Assembly: GCF_963921235.1 (NCBI RefSeq)
Contig: NC_086107.1
Coordinates: 96,412,001 to 96,476,000 of the forward strand
Direction: 5' to 3'
Source of the DNA: Mobula hypostoma
Lineage: Eukaryota
DNA length: 64,000 nucleotides
Part shown: positions 35,305-48,667 of the stretch, piece by piece
Position numbering within the stretch: the stretch's first letter is position 1
How the letters are laid out: each line of letters starts with the position of its first letter
The notes under the pieces: model-generated
Seen by the model: the letters and a program-made list of their open reading frames with translations, nothing else
Told to the model about the DNA's origin: nothing
Databases searched by the model: none
Position numbers and translations under genes: made by a program

Positions 35305-38300
35305 TATTTACCCTTCTTGTTTTTTTTTCACTGTTTTTAATGGAGGTCGGGATTGAGGACGTGATTTTAAGTTTAACTCTGTTTGGTTTCAAGTTAGCCC
35401 ATTGCTTTGCTTTGCTTTTAGTTAGCTGCACGGTGGGTTTTTTTTTGGGGGGTTTTTTTTCTTTTTTTTCCATTGATATATATAAAATTTAGTATACTAT
35501 TATGTTATCTTGGTTTCTTATGCTTAAATTACATTGTAGTATTTTCTTTTTGGTATTGATATCTTTTGGAATTTTATTATACTTTAACATTGTATTAATG
35601 TTTATATGGCTTACCTTTTTTGTATACTTACAAAAAAAAACTGTATTGAATAAGGTCTCACAGTCAATGAATGGTTTTCTTTTATGTAATTATTTTTATT
35701 TTGTAATATTTCTGAATAAAGTATTTTTGGAAAAAAAAATCTCTTCCCGTTATTTGGAAGGTAAATGCAAAGGCTTAGGTTACAATTGCCATCTTTGAAG
35801 ATTGGTTCTTGAACCATTTTGTCCTCGCTGTTGAACGTTATTGCTTGGCCAAGAAAATTCCTTTCAAGATTCTCCCTGTGCTTCACAACACCCCCCCCCC
35901 CAATATAAAGGTTATATCTTTACCCACCAACACCACATCGCTACTTCAGTCAATGGATCAGGGAGTCATAGCCTCCTTTAAGGCCTATTATTTACGGCAA
36001 TCTTTCTCACAAGCAGTCAGGGCTACCCAAGATGATGTGATGAGCTTTAAGGGAGTTCTGGAGGAATTATAACATCTATGATGCCATCAAGAATATTGCT
36101 GATTCTTGGGATGAAGTGAAGAGGTCAAATATGAAAGGAATGTGGAACAAATTGTGCCCCCAATTCACACATGCTTTTCAGGGGTTTACAGCTGACGGCA
36201 ATCGCTGAAGCCAGGCAAGCTGTGGCTGATATTGGTAATCAACTGCAGTTGGACATCAGTGAAAATGATGTTGTAGAGTTACTCGACTCCCATGCCGAAG
36301 AACTGACCAATGAAGACCTTATGGAACTACAGCAGCAGATGATAGCATTTGAGGAAGAAGACTGGGACCTAAAAACTCCAGAACTGAAAAAGTTTTTGAT
36401 GAAAGAGTTAGCTGAAGCCTTTCGTCTCACTGAAGCAGGGATGGCAAAGTTAGAGGAGCAAGATCCTAATACAGAGAGGTTCAAAGTTTACCGTACAGTT
36501 ACCGAGGGCCTCAGCTGCTACAAGGCCATTTATGACGAGAAAAAGAAAAGCTCTGTACAAACGTCCCCTTGATGCCTACTTCAAAAAATTGACTCTAGTA
36601 AACTCCCCCTCTCCAGCAGCAGAATCAAACCCTGATTCTCCAGCACCAGGTCCATCCTCTCCAACACCAAGCCCATCATCTTCAACAACAGCCATCATTC
36701 CATCATCTTCTCCTGCATCATCCAATTATTAATGTTATCATAATGTTACCTCACAAATGCCCCTTCTGGTATGCAAGACATCGATGGAACGAGAGTTAGT
36801 GTTAGCCTTTAATCATAATCTCTTTTCTCTATCTAAACTGTTTTAAGAACTGTTCCTTTAATGTTTTTTACAGTACTGTATACCTACACACATATAGATT
36901 CTCTCTTCAGTACAGTATGTAGTTAATTTTATTATTACTGTATTATGTTTATGTTTTAGTGTATTTGGAAGTGTTTAAGTGTTTTATATGCATAGAAAGG
37001 TAAAATATATACTATATACAAGACAAACATTTGACTAACTGATGCTAAGAACCGTATGTACCTGTTTCGACTTACCTATAAATTCAACTTAAAGACAGAC
37101 TTAGGAACAGATCTCATTCGTAACCCAGGGACTGCTTGTGGTGTCTGTTTCTGCAAAAATCGCCATCTTAGTTTCTGATCATCCCCCTATCAGTAGAACT
37201 ATTGCCACATGCTTTGTGCTTGCTTCTTTGTTCTAAACTTTCAATAAACAATTGCAAAGCGACAAATTTTCGATTCATACTCCGACTCTGGGAAAAAAAA
37301 ACACCTGTGGATCAGAAATCACCAGATCCAACAAAGTCATGGTGAGAGAGCTGCCAGAAAAGGCAGATTTGCTCCCAGATGGATAGAACCACAGGAGGTA
37401 CTTTTGATAAATGATAAGTGTTTGTGTGCAGAGCCAACGAGGTAGCCAGTGGAAACTCTGGACTTGGGTGAAACGGTATGACTCACCTCCTTGTCACCCT
37501 CACAGACAGAGCAAGCAATCAACTGTACCCAGTAAGTGTCATTGCAGAGAACCTAAGTGACGAACACCAGCCAGTTGCATCAGACCTCACCACAGCCGAA
37601 GAAATCAGACCCAAAACAAACCCAAATGCAAAAGACACAGAGCGCGTAACAGCAAACCATGAACAGTGTGTTAAAGTACAACTGTAACTGTACTCTGCAA
37701 TGAAGGGTGTTTCTTGCAGGTAGGTTTCTGAAAGGTAGATGATCAGTTGTACAGATCAGAATATAAAAATATCGCGGAAAAAACAGATGAGAAGGGACCT
37801 GAGTTACATCATGTTCCATAGCTTCGATGGCAAGGCAGACTGAGAAGGAAGAAATTACACACAGCGCCTGAAGGCAGTGACCCCAGCCTGAATTGGGGAG
37901 TGAATACAAATGAGCTGGCCCTTCCAGTGTTTGGGTCAGTGACCAAATGGACAGCCCAGCAGTGTGTGCCCATGGGCTAAGGTCCTTGCAACCGTTCAAA
38001 TGCAGACCACCCAACCCTTCCTGTACACTGATGGAAGGGTCTGAGACACCAGTTGTCACAATCTGACCATTTTTTTTGTCATGGCAGAGAGTGTGAACTG
38101 GTGCCTGTGAGCCTGATACAATTACCTTGCTGGTACCCCCAACGAGACAGTAACCAGATGCTGCTGAGTTTCAGCTGTCAGTGAATGAAGAGGTGAAGGT
38201 AAGAACATGATTAAACTGCAATCAGCCAGTAGGGAAGAAGGTATATGAATGACAAAGCTGCTTTTAAAGACTGTTGGTCAAATTCCCAGAACGATCTCTG

Positions 38301-39429
38301 CTTACAGTCTTGCAGGTAGCCATTAGGGATGAAAGCGTAAATGTCACTGCAGACATAGATGCACATAGGGATATGATAGGTAACTGCCATGTGTGGAGGG
38401 GTGGCTTCCTTGCTGGTCAAAAGCTATGTTTCTGTTGTGCCAGTCAGTAACTGGGTCGTTTAAAGTTTACAATGCTCTCTTCTCATTGGCTGGTTTGCAT
38501 GCCACGGTGCCAATTTCTAGTTCCGGGCACCTTTGAGCATGTAGAAGGGGTTCACCTTCTCTCTCTTCTTCAGGTTGAAGCTGCAACCAACGCTGAAGGA
38601 CCATTGAGAGAGAGCGCTGCAGATGTAGGCAGCCTTCCCACCCCCACCCCCCACATTTGTTTAATTAATTATCTGTTCGTTCTTCAGTTTCATAATTAGG
38701 GAGATTTAGCAGGGTACCCTTTCAATTAAAGGGCAAATGAAGGTCAGTATAGTGGCATTGGGTAGTTTAGACAAACGTTTATGTAGCTAGATGCCTGATT
38801 TAGTGTTTCCACTGTTCATTTCCAAATAAAGAATTAATATACCCATTTTTTAAATTTGTCTTGTTTCACTCATTGGATCCCTGAACGTGCCCTTACTTTA
38901 CATTTGGCACAGTCGGCAGGATCCAGTGGTGGTACAGAAGATCACTCTTTTTAGATGGATGAGTAAGAGAGAGACCTCCCTCCTATAAACAATAGAGTCC
39001 CTGGATGGACCAATAATAGCGCAGTATTTGGTAGTTTCATTACCAGCCACCTGTAGAATAGTTGTATCAGTTGGATTTCCTCGGGGTTGAAAAGAGACAC
39101 CACATCATTAACTTAACACAACTACACATACTTAATTCACTAGGAGAAAGGATAGCCAGACTGATGCTTTCTGCTTGCAGCCATAGTAAAGCACCAGCAC
39201 AAGATGATCGCGGGGCCCAAGAATGAGAATGAAGCATTGAGTGAGCACTGTGTTGCCATGGGGTGGAGCTGCCCTAATGGCACAGCACTAGAAGATAAGG
39301 TTCCTTATGGTGTTATAGGCAGGTGTGATAATGGAAACAAGCTCCCACTGCCTACTAAATGCTCCCAATGGTGTGTGTGCCTCAAACAGCCTGACAAGTC
39401 CAGTTCCTGGCCTTCACATGTGTGGCTTA

Positions 39430-39548
39430 CAGTGGTGCTAGAAAGTTTGTGAACCCTTTCTCCGTAAATATGGTCTAAAATGTGTTCATAACTTCACACA
39501 AGTCCTAAAACTAGATAAAGAGAACGCAATTAAATAAATAACACAAAA
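39430..39548. mobile_element. Tc1-like terminal inverted repeat fragment
   Basis: TA/CAGTGGTGCTAGAAAGTTTGTGAACCC is a typical Tc1 terminus; no partner end was found. Confidence 0.55.
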
Positions 39549-42190
39549 GGACATAGATGCCACCCCCCCCCCCACCGCTGTGTTTGTTTAATTAAGTATT
39601 TGCTCATAGCAAACTTAGCTCTTTGGGTTTATAATTCAGGGAGATTTCGCAGGGCAAGGCAGGTTATCGCTCAGGTATGTCCCACCATACGGATTGGTGG
39701 GAAAGTTACCCAGGTTCAATTCAATGTCCGGAAACTGCTGCAAGGCCATATGTTTCGGGAAGATAAACAGTTATGGGGAACAGCATAGTTCGCTGAAGTA
39801 GTGACACAGCTCGGAGAATTGAGGCAGATTCGCCTTCGTAAGCCATCACAATAAGCAGGATGTGACGCTGCAATTTTACAAGACTCTGGTGCGGCTGACC
39901 TGGGAAATCTTCATGCTGTGATGCTTGCAGCACTGTAGCAAGGACGCCTGCACTGGGGAACTTTTGTTATGGGCTGAGACTGGATAGACTGGGCTCGTTT
40001 CCCACAGAGATAAGGGGTCCCGGGGGTTGCCCTGACACAGTATATAACAATATGGGAAACCAGGATATGGACTATTGTCAAAATCCACTTCCCACGGCAC
40101 AGGTAGCATAAAATGAGAGGATGTTGAGCTGACAGGGAGGAGACTGAGATAGAGATTATGAAGCCAGTGGGCAACTGAGGGGTACAGATCACATGCAGGC
40201 ACAGATGTGCAAGTTTCAATCAATATTGTGGTTGGTACAACGACAGTAGGCTGAGAAGCCATTCCAGTGCTCGACTGTTCTCTGCTCCTCATTACAAAGA
40301 AGGGAAGGGAGGGGAGATCTGTTGGGGTAATTTCACCAACCTGAGATGAGACAAGGACTCAATAAAATCTGCAATTTGAAGGTACAATGGTCCCTGAGCA
40401 GGGCAAACGGAATGCATTCACAGAAACAATTCAGGGAAAGGTGGGCAAATGCAAACCTACAAAGCAAAAGGGCGCAACCGCCAAATTGTGAGGGTCCCTG
40501 TTCCTGCACTGCAGAACAGGGCCAAGTGCTCAGGGAATTGAAGCTAGCCTGTCACACCATCAGGCCACGCCACTGATTAGTCTGCAAAGCCACCCTATTT
40601 CTGCACCCACTGTATAACCCATGTCAGCTCAGCAGTGAGCAGAGGAACAGGAGGCCATTATTAAATTGTTTTGTATGCAAAACAGCCAAGACACGTACAC
40701 AAATCGAACTGTTTTAAAAAATCTGGGGAAAACTGTCCAATGACCTGTAGAGACACAAAGGCTATGGCGTGAATCTTTAACATCCAGACCAACCAGCCTC
40801 TCTGAGGGAAGCACAGCCACCAAACAATAGTAATCATAGACAGAACAAATAGAGGTGTGAATGGCTACATCTCAGCCTTCAGCTGGAGCAGGCAAACACG
40901 CCCATTAATGCTTACAGTGGGAGAGTCTATCCTCTTTCCAAAGACTTCACTTCTGTGTAATTTTGGAAATATTACTGTTCCTGCTAAATTCATGCTAAAC
41001 AAGAGAATACCACCTGTGTCAGATGCAGGATTTGCAAACAAGACCACACAATTCATGGTCCTCTCTTTCCCTTTGATTAACTGCACAGACTCTGATCAGT
41101 GCCTGTCTGAAAGACTCTTTGCAAAAGTGAGAATCTTTGCAGAGGTGTGACCCTCCCACAAGGGAGACTTTACACAGCAACAAGAAAAATGAGCACAGAT
41201 GAACAGTGTTCCGAAAACTCTGCCGTAAACCTGGATTGTGAGGCATCTCCATGGCTGCATTGTGATGGCATTTTGCACCTTGCGTACCTAATCCTCCCCA
41301 CCCCCACAACACAGCACCAAAGCCCCATCTCAGTAATACATTCAGGCAACAGCAGAACTCCAACCCTTCTCCAAAATCTTAGACATCCCAATACACATCA
41401 GCAGTGCATTTCCCACATCTCCAGCCCCAAAATAACTTTGCAAAGATTTTCATCAGATGGCAGCGCAAGATGATCATTTTCAAAAACCACTCACTCAAAC
41501 GTTGTACGTTCACAGCGACGTCCACAATTGCCAGGTCACTGTGGTTCACGTTCAGCTCAGTTTCCCTCCAGCAAACATCACTCCGACCACAGCTGCCTTC
41601 TTCCACAGAGCCGCGGACAGTCAGTTTGAGCATTTCGATGATCGACTGCACAATTTTGATGGAGCTGCCTCCTTTCCCTTCAAATATTTCCTGTTTCACA
41701 AGAAAGGCTGTAATCAATACTTGTTTCATTCTGCAGCACCCACTCCCGAAGCCCTGCCGACACACACGCGGACACTAACGTTCAAACTCATCTTTGTGTT
41801 GCCCATTGTGGGTGACCGGAATCATCCATCACCAAAACCAAACCATCTTTAACAAATTCCAAACACAGATGCTGCCTAACCTTGTGAGATCATCCTCCAG
41901 CATTTTGTGTGCATTAGTCTGCCATGGGTCAATCATTTGCTAGCTATCAAAGTCAAGACAAGGGAACAAATTGAATTGTTAAAAGGTGGGGGGGGGGGGA
42001 AAACAGTCCAATAACATGTGGAGACAAAGTCTATGACTCAGCCAGCCTCTGAGGGAAGCTCAGCCACTCAACAATTGTAATTGCACATTTTTAAAAAAGC
42101 ACAGTGTTATTGGCTGAACCTCAGCCTTCAGCTGGAGAGCACACCCATTGTTCCTCCTGTAGATGAGATTATTCCCTTTAAAAAGACTTG

Positions 42191-43066
42191 GGCTACATCC
42201 ACACTAGACCGGATAATTTTGAAAACGCCGGTTTCGCGTAAAAGCCACAGGCGTCCACAGTAGGAGTTTTAAAAAATACCTCTGTCTACATTAAAACGGA
42301 TATTTGGGTGCATCTCCTCCTACTGGGCATGCACAGGACACACAGAAAACAAGCGAAGAGGAAACAGTATACTTGTTGTGCGTTTGTCCAGTTACAGACT
42401 AGAAAAACTTAAAAGGAAATTGCCAAACAAAAATCTTGGTGCGCGTTTGTCCAGAAACATTTCCTACAGCCATAGTCTCTTCACCGATGAAAGGGACAAC
42501 AGCTTCAACTAAATGTAATAAGGCTTGCTACTGGGCAAAAGTGAAATTTGCTGTTACCTCATTTGTTTACCTTTACTTTTGCCATGTCTTTGTGTATTAT
42601 TTTGCTGTATTTAACATGTGCAATAAAAGGAGTTACTGGGCAAAAGTGACAATTGCATCTATTGAATGTTTGCACAAACAATACATTAATAAAGCACCTT
42701 GTTAAATGTATAAAACATGTCTGCATCAGTGTTATCTTGTATTTCCATACAATGTTACATTAGGCTGTTACACATCCATTGTCAGATGTTGTTGTGGTGT
42801 TGGAGGTTGCGTTCAAGAAAACAATGAAATGCTGCGCTGCCGCCACCATTTGTTGCAGCACGCCATGACAGCGGTTTTAAAATAGCTGGTTACCCTGTAC
42901 ACACTAGGCCGGATATTAGGCGTTTTCAGATTTATTCACTCTGGAGAGCGTTTCTGAAAATCTCCCTGTTCAGGGGAGGAAAATGCCGTTTCCGTGTCGA
43001 CAGAAGGTCAAAACGAAGAGAAAAAGCTTTGGTTACGGATTTATCCAGTCTAGTGTGGACGCAGCC
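42191..43066. mobile_element. Non-autonomous PIF/Harbinger-like DNA transposon
   Basis: TIRs GGCTACATCCACACTAGACCGGATAA / TTATCCAGTCTAGTGTGGACGCAGCC followed by TTAA. Absent from the paralogous positions at ~50130 and ~53670. Confidence 0.78.
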
Positions 43067-43402
43067 TTAATTGCTTTGAGCAAAATGCCAGCTAAGTTTT
43101 GCAACAGAACCAACAGCTCTGCAGTGCAGCGAAGCTCCAACCAGACTACCAAATGCTCACCTTCCTCGTTCCCTTCCAAGCCCCACGTTGCATGCACTGT
43201 TCCCTCACAGCCATCCTCACCCACAGCCCCAGGCCTTCCAGCCTGTTAGAGTGAGTTTTTTTGGGTAGATGATTTGTTTACACTTAAATGACTTTGGCCA
43301 CCAGACTTCTATTTGACAAAGTACTGTGGATTGAGTCCACAACAATGCGCTTCCTAAAAAGGTGTGAATACCAGATGCTTCTGGCACCATACTTTCACCT
43401 GA

Positions 43403-44795
43403 TGCTGTAGTTTCGAAGACAGTATTATCTATACATTATAAATATTAATTGTCTTCTATGTTAGCAGGGGAAATGCCAAATAAATGTATCGTAGACTTAA
43501 CTTGCATTCCTAAAGGCTGTGGATACCAACCCCGACATGTTGGCGTCGGAAGGAAAGGATGGTGTGACATTTTGTATGTAGCTTCAATAGGAAGCATTGT
43601 CTATGCATTGACTATAACTTTTTATGTAGCGATTGCCTTTGTGTTTAGCATATAAATATCAAGCCCACATTGAGCTAGCAGACCTTTCTACGGAAAGCAT
43701 CTCCGTCCGTATGGTGCCTGCTGTACCTTGGTTTCGAATAAAGAAGCTGCTTTGTATCTACCAGAAACTGTCTCTCCAGTGATTTCATTCACGCTACAAC
43801 ATTTGGTGTCAGAAGTGGGATACTTCGTGACTTGTCGTGTGGCCAGCATTCCTAGCAGTCTAAGTTGGTGAGTATTTTTCTAAAATAACACTCACACTTG
43901 GATCAGTTCGGTCGGTGGTAGACGGGAACACAAAGTATCATGAACGTGGAGAGCTGAACTGGTAGATATAAAGCAGTGTATGCGTGTGCACGTGTGTTTA
44001 TGTAAGTGAGGAATCACTGCACGTTAACTTGGTGAGACTTGGACCACCAGTTGCGAAAGGTGGTAACCAATGGTACGGTTTGAGACGCCAGAGTAGGGGC
44101 GTGTATACTCGTTCGGGGAGTTGTATTTTAGTGTACGCGTTTGCAAGTGTGATGCAAAAGAATACAGCAGGCATCATGAGTTCGAGTACTCAGAAGTGGC
44201 AGACTGTGGAATACATACTCTGCGGTTTTAAGTATGTACTGTTTAACTGCTACCCATCTATGATTTTTGCGTAGAGTGGGAATTAGTATGGAGATAGCTC
44301 AGGGAGAGGTTTTACCCAGATAGATCTACCAGAATGGCACCTATTGAGGTCAGGCAACGTCAGGTTGAGAACCCTGATGATCCGAGCCAGCCCTTGACCT
44401 TGATTACGACTATTCATAAGCCCTTCACCTCCGGGGAGAAACAAAGCATTTTGTCCCAGTTGCCCTCACTTAAAGTCGCCTGTGGGAATTCAGGATTCTG
44501 GCGCAAGCTCAAGGAAATGGTTGAAATTCACCAGATGCACCCTAAAGATATACATGTGTTAGTGAAAGCCAAGTGCCCGAGGAATATGTGGGACAGGATG
44601 GCCCAGGGGGTGCGGGATGGTACATGGGCAACTACCGAGAGCGCCAGTAATGAAGAAAGATCTCGCTCTTTTAAAGGGCAAGTGCAGCAGCGGCTGGAAG
44701 GAGGTGATAGTAGCTGGGGAACGATAATGGCAGTGATTCAAAAAGCTGATGAGACAGCCACGGATTGTGCAGAACATATATATCGAGCATGAGGA
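43403..44795 (+). mobile_element. Endogenous retrovirus 5' portion: LTR 43403-43801, tRNA-Leu PBS 43804-43821, leader and gag fragment
   Basis: Inverted termini TGCTGTAG...CTACAACA with TATAAA and AATAAA. PBS TGGTGTCAGAAGTGGGAT lies 2 nt after the LTR, splice donor GTGAGT at 43868, and ORF 44334-44792 ends in an MHR-like IQKADETATDCAEHI. Confidence 0.78.
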
Positions 44796-45261
44796 GTATT
44801 CAGCCTTCAGCTGGAGAAGCAGGCAAACACACCCATTGCTACTTTTTACCAATATGGAGACTGGGAAAGTCTTTCCTCTTTCCCAAGGCTTCACCTATCC
44901 AATATTGAGAATTTAGTAATTTCCTGCCTTCATGTTAAATACAAGCTAAAGAGATACCAGCTCTGCAGGACACAAAAACTGCAAACAAGACCACGCAATT
45001 CTTGCCCTCCTCCTTTCCTATGATGAACTCTCTGGACTAAAGTCAGTGTCTGAAAGAATCTTTGCAAAGGTGTGACCCTCCAACAAGGCAAGGGAGACCT
45101 TAGAGGACCTAAACACACTGTCCAGAGAAAATCATCACAATCCCATGCAGATGTAATCTCAATACAGAACAACAGAATCTATACCTCTGGTCCTTACCCT
45201 TGGGTAAGAGTTTTAGTTTTGATGGGGACAGGAAGGTAGGGAGTGCGTTCAGATTGACAAA

Positions 45262-47087
45262 GGCCTTTGACAAGGTGCCACACATAGTTAAGAAAGCACA
45301 GCAACGCTCATTTTTCCTTAGGACGCAGAAGAAAGCTGGTCTACCTGAACAGATGCTGGTGACCTTTTACCGCTGCACCACAGAGAGCAACTTAACATAC
45401 TGCATCTCTGTGTGGTATCTCAGTTGTACAGCAGCTGATAAGAAAGCACTTCAGCAGGCCGTCTCTAGCGCACAGAAGATCATCAGGACACAGCTCCCAG
45501 CCCTGGAGGACACCTACAGCTCACGCTGCCTAAGGAAAGCTACAAGCATCTGTAAGGACAATACACACCCATGCAATCATCTGTTTGAACTTCTTCCATC
45601 TGGCGGATGTTATAAGATTTTCTATGCCCACACTTCTAGACTGAAAAATAGCTTTTTCCCCAGAGCTATAATTGCTCCGAACCAATCGATCAAGCATCAT
45701 CCATAATTTGTTATATTGCTACTTTAATACTGGTTTTATGGATGTCATGCACCTGAGTTGTGCTTTTGTACTGCTGAACATTGCTCGTACTGGCTGGTTA
45801 CTTGATTTTATTTATTGTTTATTTATTTTATTTGTTGTTTTATAGCATTGAGTACAAGAGCTGCAAACTCATTTTCGCTGTATTGGAGCATGACAAATTG
45901 TACTATGCAATGACAATAAAGATATTTCATTTCATAAGGCTGCTTACCAAGTTAAGAGCCCATGGTATCACAGGAAAATTACTAACATGGTTAGAGCATT
46001 GGCTGATTGGTAGGAGGCAGCAAATGGGAATAAAAGGATCCTTTTCTGGTTGGCAGTGACTAGTGGTGTTCTGCAAGGGATGGTGTTGGAACCACTTCTT
46101 TTTATGCTGTCTATAAAAGATTTAGATGATGGAATAGATGGCTTTGTTGCCAAGTTTGCAGATGATATGAAGATTGGTGGAGGGGCAAGTAGTGTTGAGG
46201 AAACAGGTAGGATGCAGAAGGACTTCGACAGATTAGGAGAATGGACAAAAAAGTGGCAAATGAAATACAATGTTGGAAAATGCATGGCCCTGCACTTTGG
46301 TAGTAGAAACAAATGTGCGGACTATTTTCTGAACAGGGAGAAAATCCAGGAACCTGAGATGCAGAGGGACTTGGGAGCCCTTGTGCAGAATACCCTGAAG
46401 GTTAACTTGCAGGTTGAGTCGGCGGTGAGGAAGGCAAAGGCCATGTTAGCATTATCATTTCAAGAGATCTAGAATGCAAGAGCAAGGATGTGATGCTGAG
46501 GCTTTATAAGGCACTGGTGAGGCCTCACCTTGAGTATTGTGAACAGTTTTAGTTGGGCCTCTCATCTTAGAAAAGATGTGCTGGCATTGGAGAGGGTCCG
46601 GAGGAGGTTCACAAGGATGATTCCAGGAATGAAGGGGTTATCATACGACGAACTTTTGATGGCTCTGGATCTGTATTCACTGGAATTAAGGATAGAGGGG
46701 ATCTCATTGAAACTTTTTGAATGTTGAAATGCCTAGACAGAGTAGCTATGGAATGGATTTTCCCATGGTAGGAGAGTCTGGGACAAGAGGGCACAGCCTC
46801 AGGATAGAGGGGAGCCCTTTCAAAACAGAGATGCAGAGAAATTTCTTTTGCCAAAGGGTGGTGAATTTGTGGAATTTGTTGCCACATGCAGCTGTGTAAG
46901 CCAGTTTGTTGGATGTATTTAAGGCAGAGATTAATAGGTTCTTGATTGGACATGGCAAAGATTACAGGGTGAAGGCCGGGAACTGGGGTTGAGGAGGAGA
47001 CAAAAAAAGATCAGCCATGATTGAATGGTGGAGCAGACTATATGGGCCAGATGGCCTAATTCTGCTCCTATGTCCTATGATATTACA
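45262..47087 (+). mobile_element. 5'-truncated CR1 LINE containing a nested Rex1-like 3' fragment (~45285-45935)
   Basis: KAFDKVPH, then the nested insert KKAQQRSFFLR...FYRCTTESNLTYCISVWY, then RLLTKLRAHGITG...KFADDMKIGG...FFCQRVVNLWN and a CR1 tail. GACAAA occurs at both junctions; the empty site is at ~55025. Confidence 0.85.
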
Positions 47088-48667
47088 GACAAAAAAAAAA
47101 TCAAAAGCTACTTAGTTACACTTAACCATACCCAGCCATACACCTACATTTACAGTGATGTCAAGTGGCTGATCACTCAATTTGCCCGCAAATATCAACC
47201 CAACTGAAATGACGTATTTCAGCACCCCTGCTCTGCTGCATAACTGACCCCAGTTCCCAGGGATGTGAAGTTGTCCCCTTCCCCACTGCTGTCCTACAAC
47301 TTCTCACTAGGCACAGATTTCTGTAACATTCTCACTTCTGCAGCAAATGCAGAATAAGAATTAGCCAAGCAGAGGCCACTGCAGTTGCTGTCTGAAAAGT
47401 CAGTGAAAAGCACAGACTGAACATAAAACAAATTAGGGTGGCAATCTGACAACCTGTGGAAACCAAGTTTGACTTCAATCTTTAAAATCCAGCAAAACCA
47501 CTCAATTATAATAGCACAGAAAATAAAAAAAACAGGTGTGAAAGGCTTCAACTCACTCTCCAGCTGGGAAAGTACAAACCCACTGTTGCTTTTCACAAAT
47601 ATCTGTCGATTGGAAAACCCTTTCTCTTTTCAAAGATCTCATATCAACCAAATTTTGGGAACTTTGCAAGGAGAACGCCACCTCAGCAGGACATGGGAGC
47701 TTCAAATAGACCACGCAATTCTCCAGTCTTTGGATCAACATTTCCAGGTGCTGGAGTATGTCAGAAAAACTGCAAATTGAGCAAGGGAGACAATACAGAG
47801 CAGCTAGAAAAATGAGCACTGAGCCACACCATTGGGGAAGCTCTGCCTACCTAGCCTCATCCATCCCCTCCGTCAAGCAGCAGTTGACCACTCTCACTCA
47901 CCATGAACTTGGATTGTGATGCACCTTGCAAAGGGAGCATTGTGATGAAGTTTTGCACCTGCACCACCCAGCCCAGCCCCTCCTCAGTAACACATTCAGG
48001 CATCGGGAAGGGCAGAACCCCTGCCCTTCTCCACTGTCCCCGATGCCTACACATCAGCAGTGCAGTGCATTGCCCCCATCTCCAGCCAGAAAATAAACTT
48101 CCAAAGAATTTCTTCAGGTGGCAATGCCAGATAATCATTTTCTAAGGCAACTAATTTAAAAGTGTAATGGTTCTTCTTGCAAAGTTTAAACACAGTTGGC
48201 AGAACAACACAAGGTGCGTTACCACCACCTACTGAACTAGAGTGTGGTGCAAACAAACAGGAAGTATTCCCACTAAAATCCCTTCACCCACAAAACTCAA
48301 ATAATATCAAAAAGTCTCATGCTTTTCATAAAGTGATATCCTAACAAATTTTCCGTGTTCAACTGTCTGTCCTAAATATCTCAATTTAGCAATTAGACAT
48401 TTCCTCTGAACTTCATAGGAATTGCATTCAAACAATACATGCTGCACTATTTATTGACAAGTGCACTCCCTACAAATGCCGAATCGTGCATATCAATTCT
48501 GAACAAGGAATTATTGTCCAATACGTAAACGCGTGAATACCACTTCTTCTGTCCTTTCTTTTCTTTATCCCAACTTCATTGTCACAGTGATTGAAAAGAC
48601 TTTTTAATTAAGGTTTTCATCTCCCCTTTATACAAAGGTACGTTTACATCCTGAACTTTACTGATTG

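Larger units (their letters stand above)
29963..35638 (+). mobile_element. L1 LINE, slightly 5'-truncated, with open ORF1 remainder and intact ORF2
   Basis: TSD AACTGTATTGAA (29951-29962, 35639-35650), poly(A) tail and ~720-bp T-rich inter-ORF spacer. Confidence 0.93.
25161..35739 (+). mobile_element. Third Tx1-group element (divergent ORF1 and 3' UTR, begins mid-ORF1), 25161-29962 plus 35651-35739, split by an L1
   Basis: Zinc-knuckle ORF1 pieces 25205-26287 and ORF2 pieces 26291-29680. The 3' UTR resumes after the L1 and ends in AATAAA plus poly(A) at 35739. Confidence 0.9.
12792..37138 (+). mobile_element. Tigger/pogo DNA transposon (pseudogenised), in pieces 12792-13703, 14200-14328 and 35740-37138
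   Basis: Termini CAGTAAATCCCCGGGTTAAGAA / TTCGTAACCCAGGGACTGCTTG with TA at the left. CENP-B-type HTH (KKRKTITIENKVEII, FVASRGWFNRFK) and DDE_1 motifs (IFNFHETGLFWKKMP, KASKDRLTLLLGGN, PTNTTSLLQSMDQGVIASFKAYY). Confidence 0.9.

Noticed and set aside
37340..39320. Host exons or a viral env fragment
   Set aside because: Only short ORFs, with no recognisable motif or convincing splice pattern; left unannotated.
41379..41852. Protein-coding gene family in the repeated module (ORFs open on both strands here and at 56365-57096)
   Set aside because: Differences between the two best copies fall on all codon positions, many look like CpG decay, the other two copies have indels, and no domain is recognisable.
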